Shown piece after piece: positions 1 through 8,369 of a stretch of DNA of 31,895 nucleotides. A program made the position numbers and the translations under genes. The stretch is from positions 1-31,895 of IMG/VR virus record IMGVR_UViG_3300006919_000235; one strand, written 5' to 3'. The stretch's first letter is position 1; each line of letters opens with the position of its first letter. The notes below the pieces were generated by a model that saw only the letters and a program-made list of their open reading frames with translations, was not told the origin of the DNA and made no database searches. The stretch comes from a virus (taxonomy: Duplodnaviria > Caudoviricetes).

Positions 1-1
1 C

Positions 2-187
2 CTGTATAAAGGACACGACATTGGTGTTATAGCACAAGAGGTAGAAGAAGTATTACCTGAAATTGTGGATACAAGAGAAGATGGTCATAAGGCAGTTAAA
101 TACGATAGAATGGTTGCTTTATTAATTGAAGTAGCTAAAGAACAACAACAACAAATAAACGAACTTAAGGAGAAGTTAAATGGCTAA
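2..187 (+). CDS. C-terminal end of tail fibre/tailspike with peptidase S74 intramolecular chaperone domain (5'-truncated by window)
   Basis: Manual translation of frame 2 gives LYKGHDIGVIAQEVEEVLPEIVDTREDGHKAVKYDRMVALLIEVAKEQQQQINELKEKLNG*. The G.IAQE...PE.V...V.Y..L..LLIEA.KE pattern plus coiled coil is the S74 chaperone signature. Not in the ORF track. Confidence 0.9.
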   Translation: MYKGHDIGVIAQEVEEVLPEIVDTREDGHKAVKYDRMVALLIEVAKEQQQQINELKEKLNG

Positions 188-431
188 AGTAATCGCAGAA
201 AAAACACAAGAAGCAGTACAAGCTGACTCTACTAAAATAGTAGAAATCAAACATACAAGAACAATGCAAGATGCATCAGGCAATGATGTAGTAGTGGTTG
301 ATTATACTGAAGAAAAATTAGTAGACGATGCTATTTCACAATGTGAATCAAATATAGCTAGCTTACAAACACAGCTTACTGAGTTTGAAGCAGAATTAGC
401 AGACTATATAGCAATAAGAGATGCTGAATAA
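180..431 (+). CDS. Small coiled-coil protein, tail-fibre associated, hypothetical
   Basis: 83 aa ORF with AAGGAG RBS upstream, overlapping the fibre stop; C-terminal heptad pattern. Confidence 0.75.
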   Translation: MAKVIAEKTQEAVQADSTKIVEIKHTRTMQDASGNDVVVVDYTEEKLVDDAISQCESNIASLQTQLTEFEAELADYIAIRDAE

Positions 432-434
432 TAA

Positions 435-728
435 ATGGCTTTACCAGCAATAGGAACAACAAATTTTGGTATAGGTAGTGTAGGTGCTGATATAAAAACA
501 GCAACTGGTTGCAATCAAAGTACCAATTTAAGTCTTAAACACCTAATGATAGGTGGCGGAGGACTTACATTTGATTCTGCTGGTGGACCATGTGGAGATA
601 TGACTGGTGGTAGTCCAGCGCCTGGAGTAGAAGACGCACCGTACGCAATGAGTGAAGTAAGAGGATTATTCCACGATGATGGCGGCGGTGGCGGAGGCGG
701 CGGAGGTGGAGGAGTACCTTTCCCATAA
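435..728 (+). CDS. Small glycine-rich virion/tail-tip protein with C-terminal Gly11 tract
   Basis: 97 aa ORF starting MALP; Gly-rich; GGN x11 at 681-713; lies directly downstream of the fibre genes. Confidence 0.65.
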   Translation: MALPAIGTTNFGIGSVGADIKTATGCNQSTNLSLKHLMIGGGGLTFDSAGGPCGDMTGGSPAPGVEDAPYAMSEVRGLFHDDGGGGGGGGGGGVPFP

Positions 729-733
729 ATTAA

Positions 734-762
734 TTGAATAGTATCTAATAATTCAATAAATT
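734..762 (+). promoter_or_regulatory. Putative sigma70-type promoter TTGAAT-N17-TAAATT
   Basis: Hexamers at 734-739 and 757-762 with 17-nt spacer, in the intergenic gap before ORF 797; same architecture as the sites at 5192 and 31054. Confidence 0.45.
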
Positions 763-796
763 TGAATATATTTTTAATAGCAAATAAGGAGAAAAA

Positions 797-973
797 ATGG
801 CTAAAGAAAATGAAACAGTAAAAGAAGTAGTTCAAGAACCTATTAATTTACAAGAACAATTAAAGGTCATTGAAGCACAAATTGCTGAATTACGTGGAAC
901 ACACAACTATATAAACAGCTTGTTACAACAAGGGTTTAGCGTTGTACCTCCAGCCAAGAAAGAGGGTAAATAG
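797..973 (+). CDS. 58-aa coiled-coil hypothetical protein (below ORF-track cutoff)
   Basis: AAGGAG RBS then ATG at 797: MAKENETVKEVVQEPINLQEQLKVIEAQIAELRGTHNYINSLLQQGFSVVPPAKKEGK*. Confidence 0.75.
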   Translation: MAKENETVKEVVQEPINLQEQLKVIEAQIAELRGTHNYINSLLQQGFSVVPPAKKEGK

Positions 974-974
974 A

Positions 975-1004
975 AAGTGGGGGGGAATTTATTTTCCCCT
1001 ACTT
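975..1004 (+). terminator. Stem-loop immediately after ORF 797-973 (terminator or processing site)
   Basis: AAGTGGGGGGGAA...TTTCCCCTACTT pairs with G-U wobbles on the + strand; no U-tract follows. Confidence 0.5.
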
Positions 1005-1032
1005 AAACACCTAAATCGGAGCAGGACTGAAT

Positions 1033-1326
1033 ATGGAATTAGATAAAAAAACTAAATTTACTTTGAGCATAGAAACATTAATATCACTAGCAGTATCAAT
1101 ATTTATGTTAGTAGGTATGTGGTTTTCTCTACAAGCTGATATACAAGAAGCAAAAGAGTTACCAGAACCACCAGTATCTAGAACAGAGTATGATTTAAAA
1201 GACCAGATGATTCGTAATAGCATTATGAATACTGAGGAGAAAGTAGAGAAACTTGAAGAAAAAGTAGACGATATTAAAGAAGATACTAAAATGATTAATA
1301 AAACTCTACTGGATATGAACAAATGA
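1033..1326 (+). CDS. Single-TM membrane protein with C-terminal coiled coil
   Basis: Hydrophobic segment LISLAVSIFMLVGMWFSL, Pro-rich linker, heptads (VEKLEEKVDDIKED). Confidence 0.7.
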   Translation: MELDKKTKFTLSIETLISLAVSIFMLVGMWFSLQADIQEAKELPEPPVSRTEYDLKDQMIRNSIMNTEEKVEKLEEKVDDIKEDTKMINKTLLDMNK

Positions 1327-1338
1327 GGAAAATAGAAG

Positions 1339-1737
1339 ATGAAAAAGTTAGACAATATTATATTACGACTCTTGTCGTATGGTTTTGCTTTATATGCTTC
1401 CTTGTCTTCTTTATCGGCGCAGTCAGTTAATCTTGATTCTTTTGAAGAAATTCAATTGATGAAGAATGAATTTTGTGCTGTTATAGAAATTAATGCAAGT
1501 TGGAATTGGCAAAATAAAGTACCTATTGAAGAATTAGAACGTTGTTATACTGGATATGTTAATTTATCTAATAAAGAAATCGGTGCAGTCATTCAAAAAG
1601 AATGGGATATTACAGTAGTACCAACCATTATTATCTTTGAATATGGAGTAGAGGTAAAACGATTTGAAGCAGATTTAAGTATGAAATTTACTAAGGATGA
1701 AATATTAAATAAAATACGCAAGGAGATTGGTCAATGA
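1339..1737 (+). CDS. Exported thioredoxin-fold-like protein lacking CxxC
   Basis: Signal-peptide-like N-terminus. VIEINASWN aligns by eye to thioredoxin VDFWA.WC, and W.ITVVPTIIIF..G.EV.RF matches the cis-Pro/beta region. Confidence 0.65.
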   Translation: MKKLDNIILRLLSYGFALYASLSSLSAQSVNLDSFEEIQLMKNEFCAVIEINASWNWQNKVPIEELERCYTGYVNLSNKEIGAVIQKEWDITVVPTIIIFEYGVEVKRFEADLSMKFTKDEILNKIRKEIGQ

Positions 1738-1759
1738 ATTGTGAATGTGGATGTGGATT

Positions 1760-2131
1760 ATGCCTAGATTAGATTTAGTAGGTAAAATTATTGACAAAGT
1801 TGCAGACAATGTTGATAGATTTACTTTAGACAAACAGGAAAAAGCTGATTTAATTTCTGAAATTAATAAAGCACAAATGGAAGTAAATAAAGTAGAAGCT
1901 GGTCATACCAGCATTTTTGTTGCGGGATGGCGCCCTTTTACGGGCTGGATATGTGCCACAGCATTAGCATATCATTACATTTTACAACCTTTATTAACAT
2001 TTATTTTATATAGTTTTGGAAATGAAATTGTATTACCAACTTTTGATATGGGTACACTAACTACTGTACTTTTAGGTATGCTTGGTCTTGGGGGAATGCG
2101 CTCGTTTGAAAAGGTAAAAAGAAGTGCCTAA
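1760..2131 (+). CDS. Holin, 3TM (GTA-holin-like) family
   Basis: GWRPFTGWIC motif, hydrophobic segments and C-terminal LGLGGMRSFEK.K, typical of this family; start set at MPRLD (1760). Confidence 0.8.
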   Translation: MPRLDLVGKIIDKVADNVDRFTLDKQEKADLISEINKAQMEVNKVEAGHTSIFVAGWRPFTGWICATALAYHYILQPLLTFILYSFGNEIVLPTFDMGTLTTVLLGMLGLGGMRSFEKVKRSA

Positions 2132-3695
2132 AAAAGAATATAGAATATTAGGGTTTCACGGAGGTTTAAACGACCATTCTGATGCAAAAGATATTCGTGA
2201 TATTGATTTAAAATCGGCTACAGGAGTGTCTGTACATAGAATTGGTAGATTAGTTGGTATTGGTAATAATACGAACACAGCAGTCAATTCTAGTGAGTTT
2301 ACGGCTGATATAGAACCAGGTTATGGATTACATTATTTTTCTACTGACGTAAATAATGCAGAAACAAAAACTTCTGAAGATTGGTTAGCAATATATGATA
2401 AAGCAAATACAAAAGTACGTTTATATTATCGTGATAAAGTAAATAATGATGCAAGTCCTGGATTTAGTTCAGAAGAAATAACATTTTCAGGAAACATTAA
2501 AGCAAATTATTATTATGCTGATGGTATGTTGCGTATAGGAGATGCTGGACACAATGAAAGAAGTAAATGGTTTGGATATATAGATAATGATTTATTTTGG
2601 ACAAATCAACACGGAACTATAAACTTACACGATATTAATAAATGGTCTAATGGAGACCAAAGATTATTACCTGTAAGCAATTTAATAGGTGATGATTATT
2701 TCAATTTAGTAGACTTATCTAGTGCAAATCCTGATGCAACTACTATAGGTGATGGTACACAAAAAAGATTAATATTAGGATATTGGACAACTGAAGGTGG
2801 AGAATGGAGTGGTAATTATAGTTTTGGATGTACGTTTATTTATGAAGGAGACCAAGAATCAGCTTTAAGTGTTATTTATGATGATGCTTTAAATGAAATA
2901 GAAACCACAGCAAACTTTTACGAAGAACAAGTAATGTTTCAAGTATTTATTCCTATGGGTACTAGTAGCACTATTGCAACAGATGCTAGTCATAGATTGG
3001 GAGACGATAGAATTATAGGATTAAATTGGTATTTTAAACAACAAGGTGAAGATGAAGATTGGATATTTTTAATGCATACTGATTTAAAAGAAGGTGGAAA
3101 ACATCATTGGAAAGCATATAATGCTACAGCAGAAACTTCTTATGGTTATTGGGATGGAGAAGTAGTAAATGATAGTTTAAAAGATAGTGTTACTGAAGGA
3201 GTAGATATTTTATTGAACAGTTCTACCCCAGCTACACATATTGCTTTTTGGGATAATAGTAACGGAACAAACAATTCTCCTATTGGTTGGAAAGATACTG
3301 GTACTGGTGCAAGTACGAGCGGATTATCGTATAGTAATGTGTATTTAGAAGTAAATTTAAATAACAATAATATTAATGGATTTAATAATAGATATGGTTT
3401 TTTAAGAGTATGGGGTGGAGCAATATCACCTTTATATGTAAATAGCGCATTAGATAGTAGTGCTAACATAGATGAAATTGCATTAAAAACAGGACAAGAT
3501 GGAACTCCAGGTACAGACTGGGATACTTATTTTGTACCTATGGTATTGCCTGGTCCTGGTACGGATAGAGAATTTAGAGTAGAAGTGTTAGATGAAAACT
3601 TTGCAGTTATTGCTGATAGTGGAATTAAAACAATGACAATAGCTGATAGTGGTAAAGAAGCACCACCTGATTATGAACAAGAGGTAGAAATATAA
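2124..3695 (+). CDS. Tail nozzle/stabilisation-like structural protein (N-terminal part)
   Basis: 523 aa, beta-rich; N-terminal F.GGLN motif common in podoviral tail tubular B/stabilisation proteins; lies before the ejection genes. Confidence 0.55.
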   Translation: MPKKEYRILGFHGGLNDHSDAKDIRDIDLKSATGVSVHRIGRLVGIGNNTNTAVNSSEFTADIEPGYGLHYFSTDVNNAETKTSEDWLAIYDKANTKVRLYYRDKVNNDASPGFSSEEITFSGNIKANYYYADGMLRIGDAGHNERSKWFGYIDNDLFWTNQHGTINLHDINKWSNGDQRLLPVSNLIGDDYFNLVDLSSANPDATTIGDGTQKRLILGYWTTEGGEWSGNYSFGCTFIYEGDQESALSVIYDDALNEIETTANFYEEQVMFQVFIPMGTSSTIATDASHRLGDDRIIGLNWYFKQQGEDEDWIFLMHTDLKEGGKHHWKAYNATAETSYGYWDGEVVNDSLKDSVTEGVDILLNSSTPATHIAFWDNSNGTNNSPIGWKDTGTGASTSGLSYSNVYLEVNLNNNNINGFNNRYGFLRVWGGAISPLYVNSALDSSANIDEIALKTGQDGTPGTDWDTYFVPMVLPGPGTDREFRVEVLDENFAVIADSGIKTMTIADSGKEAPPDYEQEVEI

Positions 3696-4894
3696 TGGCT
3701 AATTACGCAGCAATGAACCCAGGTAAATATCATTTAGGACAATTGTTCAGATATCCGCCGTTACAAAATAGAAGATTAAATGAGCGCTATATTATACAAG
3801 AAGTTAAATGGAAAACTTCTGCTATGGTAGGTAGAAGAATATATATTGGTAATGTAGAAATTAAAGATAAAGATGGAAAGTTACGTACAATGTCTGATAC
3901 TGTCTTAAAGTCTAGAGCTGGTAAGTTTGATACTTTTACTACAGATAGATTAATAGATGTAGCAGTAGGAGATGGAGAAGATATAATAAGACTAGCTTCT
4001 TTTGCAGATAGATTATTACAATATAAACAAAATACTATGTACATAATTAATTGCACAAAATCACTAGAAATACTAGAAAGTAAACATAAGTTTAAAGGCG
4101 TAGACCATCATAATGCAGTATGTGAAACAGATTATGGTATAGTATGGTGTAATGAACACGGAGTATATATGTACAATGGTCGTTCAGTTAACGAACTATT
4201 TATTACTGAAGGTGTACGTAATGTATCTGAAGAAACTTGGAATAGTTTTTATTCTAAAGGAAAAACAAGTGTAGGATATTTACCAGATTCAAAACAAGTT
4301 ATTTTTGTTCGTGGCGTAGATAGTTCTGATACAGATAGTGGAGATATATTAATTTATGATTTAGTAAGCGCTTCTTGGGTAAAAGGAGATAGTCAAATCA
4401 ATGCTGAAGATAAAACCAATTTGATAAATGATTGGAATAATGATTTAATATATGGCTATGAAAGTGATGTTGCTAAAACTACATTACAAAAATATTCAGT
4501 AACACCTACTTCTAGTATTGCTACAATGGATATGAAAACAAAGTTTTTTAATTTTGGTAATCAATCAAGAAAAAAGATTTATAAAGTAGAAATTACTTAC
4601 AAAGGCGGCGTTATTAATGATATAGACTATGAAACAACTAATGTGTTGCCTCAATATGCAGTAGATAGTTCTAATAGTTATAGTGGTGTATTTAGAGATG
4701 CTGATGGAAATGCTATTACAAATATACCTAGTAGTGGCGATTGGAGCGTTATAGAGCTATATACAAGCCCAATAGATAACAATAATGTAAAAAGTATCAG
4801 TATTCAACTTACAGAAGCATCTGCGGGTGCGGTAAGACAAAACTTTGAAGTCAATGATATTACTATAGTATATAGACAAAAGAGTGTAAAATAA
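3695..4894 (+). CDS. Tail stabilisation/nozzle-like beta-propeller protein (C-terminal-type part)
   Basis: 399 aa with repeated beta-blade-like segments (GIVWCNEHGVYMYNG, ILIYDL..SW) and a C-terminal F.FG...KK segment; TAATG-coupled to the previous gene. Confidence 0.55.
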   Translation: MANYAAMNPGKYHLGQLFRYPPLQNRRLNERYIIQEVKWKTSAMVGRRIYIGNVEIKDKDGKLRTMSDTVLKSRAGKFDTFTTDRLIDVAVGDGEDIIRLASFADRLLQYKQNTMYIINCTKSLEILESKHKFKGVDHHNAVCETDYGIVWCNEHGVYMYNGRSVNELFITEGVRNVSEETWNSFYSKGKTSVGYLPDSKQVIFVRGVDSSDTDSGDILIYDLVSASWVKGDSQINAEDKTNLINDWNNDLIYGYESDVAKTTLQKYSVTPTSSIATMDMKTKFFNFGNQSRKKIYKVEITYKGGVINDIDYETTNVLPQYAVDSSNSYSGVFRDADGNAITNIPSSGDWSVIELYTSPIDNNNVKSISIQLTEASAGAVRQNFEVNDITIVYRQKSVK

Positions 4895-5187
4895 TGGCAA
4901 GACAAACAGAAAACAATAATAGATTATCTAGCTATCAAGGTGGCGAAGATAGAATGGAGCGTAGAAGAAATCATCATTATTATCAAAAACAATCACGCTT
5001 TGTAGAACAAATACCAAATGATATAGATGGACAAGATGGTGATATTGTGTATATTGTTAATAAAGAAAACTATAATAAAGTAGAGCAACTTATTAAACAT
5101 GATGGAAGATGGATAAATTTATCTTCTGGACGACCTCAAGACGATACAAATAAACAAAAAAGATTTGTACAGGCAAGGGCAAGATAA
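4894..5187 (+). CDS. Hypothetical tail-associated protein
   Basis: 97 aa ORF, TAATG-coupled; P..DGQDGDI motif. Confidence 0.6.
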   Translation: MARQTENNNRLSSYQGGEDRMERRRNHHYYQKQSRFVEQIPNDIDGQDGDIVYIVNKENYNKVEQLIKHDGRWINLSSGRPQDDTNKQKRFVQARAR

Positions 5188-5191
5188 AATG

Positions 5192-5220
5192 TTGATTATA
5201 GACAATAAAAGTATTATATT
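5192..5220 (+). promoter_or_regulatory. Putative sigma70-type promoter TTGATT-N17-TATATT for the ejection-protein operon
   Basis: Hexamers at 5192-5197 and 5215-5220, exact 17-nt spacer, in the only sizeable gap in this part of the operon. Confidence 0.55.
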
Positions 5221-5246
5221 AAGTATAAAAAACTTTAGGATTATTT

Positions 5247-6611
5247 ATGGCTAAAGCTCCTATCAAATCAGCAGTTAGAAGAAAAGCAACATATTCAGGT
5301 ATGCAAAAAGCGTCTATGTATGATGCTATGATGCAAGAACAAATGGGTAAAATGGCTGTAGAAAATATCTATGCCAACGAAAATCAAAAGCAACGTAATA
5401 TTACTGCTTTAGGTGAAGTAGTTAACTTTATGGACGCAAGACGCCAAGAAAAAGAGCGTATGCGTGAAGTAGAAAAAGGTGTTGCAATTGCTGAAGAAAA
5501 AGCTAATGGAACAGTTGTATATGATAAAGTAACACTTATGGATGTTTTTGAAGGTAAAAATAAATTGAGTGAAGTAGGTATGGAATCTTGGCAAATAGGT
5601 AAAACAAAATACGATGCCGCTGACATGAGAGCTTTAGCTCAAACTTATCAAACAAATAAAATGCAACAATTTATTAATGGAGAAATAGACGAACAACCTG
5701 TATTGCCTAAAGGTAGTGGATGGACATATAAATCAGGAGAAACACAACCTATATTAGGTACAGGATATTATGGAGTAAAAGCGGCTAAAGTATTACGTGA
5801 AGAAGATGCATACAAAGCTGGACAAATTATTTATCAAGCAGATAGGTCAACAAAGAGTTATGGTTTAGATAAATGGTCTTCTAAGTCTGAAGTCGTAGAC
5901 AAATTAATACAAGATAAATTTAGTCCAGATAGTGCAAACTATGATGCAGATTTAACATCTATGGTAGGACTTACTGATACAGAAAAGACTGAATTTACTG
6001 AAACTTATGCAGAATATAAAGACTTAGTAAGTATTAAAAAAGGCGCAAGAACAAAAGAACAAACAGCTCGTATAAAAGAAATACAACAATTTATGAAACC
6101 TTATTATAATAAGATTAGCGATAATATGGCTTGGGAAGATGTTGCTCCTTATATTCGTACAGCAGAATCGGCTGATAGAGAAATGATTATTAGAGAGAAT
6201 GAAGCTGGGTTAGGGTTTGATTTAGGTCCATACCAAATTAATACAAGATGGTTGTTTGCTGGTGATGGAACATTTCAAATGATGGCTGGTACAGATAAAG
6301 TATATGCACCTTGGGCTGAAATAGATACAATGTTAATGGGTAGTTTAAGTGAAACAGAAAGACAACAACTACCACAAGGTACTCCAACATATACTGGTAA
6401 AGAAAAAGGATTAGATTTAGGAGATTTTTACGGTGATAATTCTATGTGGAAACGTTATAAAAATAGAGATAATATTAATCCATTTATAGAAGAATATAGC
6501 GAAGAACAAGAATTATTAAAGAAAGCTGGTATTGTAGATGAAAATTTACAATTATTTAATGTAGATGCAAATGCAAGTCAAATATATACTATGGAAGACG
6601 AGGTAGAATAA
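5247..6611 (+). CDS. Internal virion/ejection protein with lytic transglycosylase (SLT/lysozyme-like) motif
   Basis: YIRTAES (catalytic Glu-Ser motif) followed about 18 aa later by DLGPYQINTRW, matching the D.G..QIN motif of SLT/c-type lysozymes. Confidence 0.6.
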   Translation: MAKAPIKSAVRRKATYSGMQKASMYDAMMQEQMGKMAVENIYANENQKQRNITALGEVVNFMDARRQEKERMREVEKGVAIAEEKANGTVVYDKVTLMDVFEGKNKLSEVGMESWQIGKTKYDAADMRALAQTYQTNKMQQFINGEIDEQPVLPKGSGWTYKSGETQPILGTGYYGVKAAKVLREEDAYKAGQIIYQADRSTKSYGLDKWSSKSEVVDKLIQDKFSPDSANYDADLTSMVGLTDTEKTEFTETYAEYKDLVSIKKGARTKEQTARIKEIQQFMKPYYNKISDNMAWEDVAPYIRTAESADREMIIRENEAGLGFDLGPYQINTRWLFAGDGTFQMMAGTDKVYAPWAEIDTMLMGSLSETERQQLPQGTPTYTGKEKGLDLGDFYGDNSMWKRYKNRDNINPFIEEYSEEQELLKKAGIVDENLQLFNVDANASQIYTMEDEVE

Positions 6612-7120
6612 TGGACCCATATTCAATAGCACAATTAGGATTATCAGCATATAGTATATTAAGCGGAGCTGGTGCTGAAGCAAGTGCAAATAGAGCGCAA
6701 ATAGCTTCTAACAATATACAAATAGAATTTTTAAATGATGCATTAGGATTTACAAAAGATACTGCACAAGCACAGCGTGAAGTTGCTGAAGACGAATTTA
6801 GATTTAGTTTTGAACAAGCTGGAATAGAATCTGGTACACAATGGGAAGGCATTGGTAGAACAATGGAACAAACATTGGATTTAAATAAATTTGCTAATGT
6901 AGGTGCAATAGAATCAGAAATGGATTTTTTAACTGATAAAATGGACCGAGCATTTCAATCTCAATATGTACAACTAGAACGAACAAGAGATGCTGGATTT
7001 GCAGCAGCAGATGAATATGAAATTAGTACATTAGCTTCTATTGAAAATCAGAAAAAATTATTAAAAAGACAAAATCAAAATTTATCAAAAAGAGATAGTT
7101 TTTGGGAAGTATTATTTTAA
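6611..7120 (+). CDS. Small internal virion (ejection) protein
   Basis: N-terminus MDPYSIAQLGLSAYSILSGAGAEASA followed by Ala/Gln-rich helix, like small podoviral ejection proteins; operon position fits. Confidence 0.55.
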   Translation: MDPYSIAQLGLSAYSILSGAGAEASANRAQIASNNIQIEFLNDALGFTKDTAQAQREVAEDEFRFSFEQAGIESGTQWEGIGRTMEQTLDLNKFANVGAIESEMDFLTDKMDRAFQSQYVQLERTRDAGFAAADEYEISTLASIENQKKLLKRQNQNLSKRDSFWEVLF

Positions 7121-7130
7121 AGGATAAACA

Positions 7131-8366
7131 ATGGCTGTAGAATACGCAAATATATTTAGAACATTAAACTATATGATGGAAAGTCGTGCTAGAAGAGAAG
7201 ACGCTAAAACAGAAGCATCATTAAGAGCATTACAAATGGCGCAACAAGAAGAACGATTTGACAAAGAACTTGCTTTTAAAAGAGAACAATTAGGATTACA
7301 ACAAGAAGAATTGTTAGCTAAAAAAGAAGAACGATTTATTAATAGAGCAAAAGGATTAGCACAAGTAGCATTAACGAATTGGGGTTCAGAAGCAAAAACT
7401 GTATGGAATACTACTTTTGATGGTTGGTATAGTAGCTTTTTAGATGAAGATGGTGCTATATCTGATAAAAATAAAAAAGCAATGATAGAAAGTTTAACTG
7501 GTAATGGAGACTTTGTATTTACTGACACAGCAACAGGCAAACCAATTACAATGGATGTTGCAGCAGCAGACAATTTGATTACACAAATGCGTGTGATAGA
7601 CAAATTAATTAAAGGTGGTGGAAGTGCTACTGGTGAATTAGATATTTTATATGGACAATGGGAACAAGCAACTGGAACTGCATTGACTAATTATAATGAT
7701 GGAAAACAATTTAGAGATGGATATAATAGATTGACTGCAGAATTACAACAAGTAGAACTAGGTGATTTTGATTTTAATATTTTACAAGACCAAATAAGTG
7801 GACTTAAAGATATGATATTAGATGAGTCATTACTAGGTGCAGACGAGTCAAATATACTACAACCAGATAAAAGCGAAGAAATAACGTTAGAAGGCGTATT
7901 AAACACCTTAGATTCTGAATCTATGATGCAATTTATTAATTTAGATAATAGCGAAGCTAATATGTTAGCACGTAAACAACAAATTGTAAAAGGAATACCT
8001 TATTTAAATGAATGGGCTGTAAAAATAGATGAAATGACTGTACCTTATGACGCAGATGAGAAAACAAAATTTAATGCATTAAAAGGGCAAATGGATATTA
8101 TTAACTATGAAATACGTAAAAGTCAAAATGCTTTAAAAGATTTAAATAAAGAAATTCAACAAGAAGTAAATCAACATAATAAATACATTGATTATAATGA
8201 AAGTATTGGATTAACAAGTGATATGAGCAATGGAAATATTTATGGACCTGAAATGCAAGAACAGCACAATCTTGAAAAATTATTATTAGAAACAACATTA
8301 GATGTGCTAGAAAATAAGAAACAAGAAATAAAACCAGCATACAATAAATTATGGAGAGGATGGTAG
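7131..8366 (+). CDS. Alpha-helical internal virion (ejection) protein
   Basis: 411 aa, N- and C-terminal coiled coils, AAGGA RBS, directly upstream of the large RNAP gene. Confidence 0.5.
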   Translation: MAVEYANIFRTLNYMMESRARREDAKTEASLRALQMAQQEERFDKELAFKREQLGLQQEELLAKKEERFINRAKGLAQVALTNWGSEAKTVWNTTFDGWYSSFLDEDGAISDKNKKAMIESLTGNGDFVFTDTATGKPITMDVAAADNLITQMRVIDKLIKGGGSATGELDILYGQWEQATGTALTNYNDGKQFRDGYNRLTAELQQVELGDFDFNILQDQISGLKDMILDESLLGADESNILQPDKSEEITLEGVLNTLDSESMMQFINLDNSEANMLARKQQIVKGIPYLNEWAVKIDEMTVPYDADEKTKFNALKGQMDIINYEIRKSQNALKDLNKEIQQEVNQHNKYIDYNESIGLTSDMSNGNIYGPEMQEQHNLEKLLLETTLDVLENKKQEIKPAYNKLWRGW

Positions 8367-8369
8367 TAA

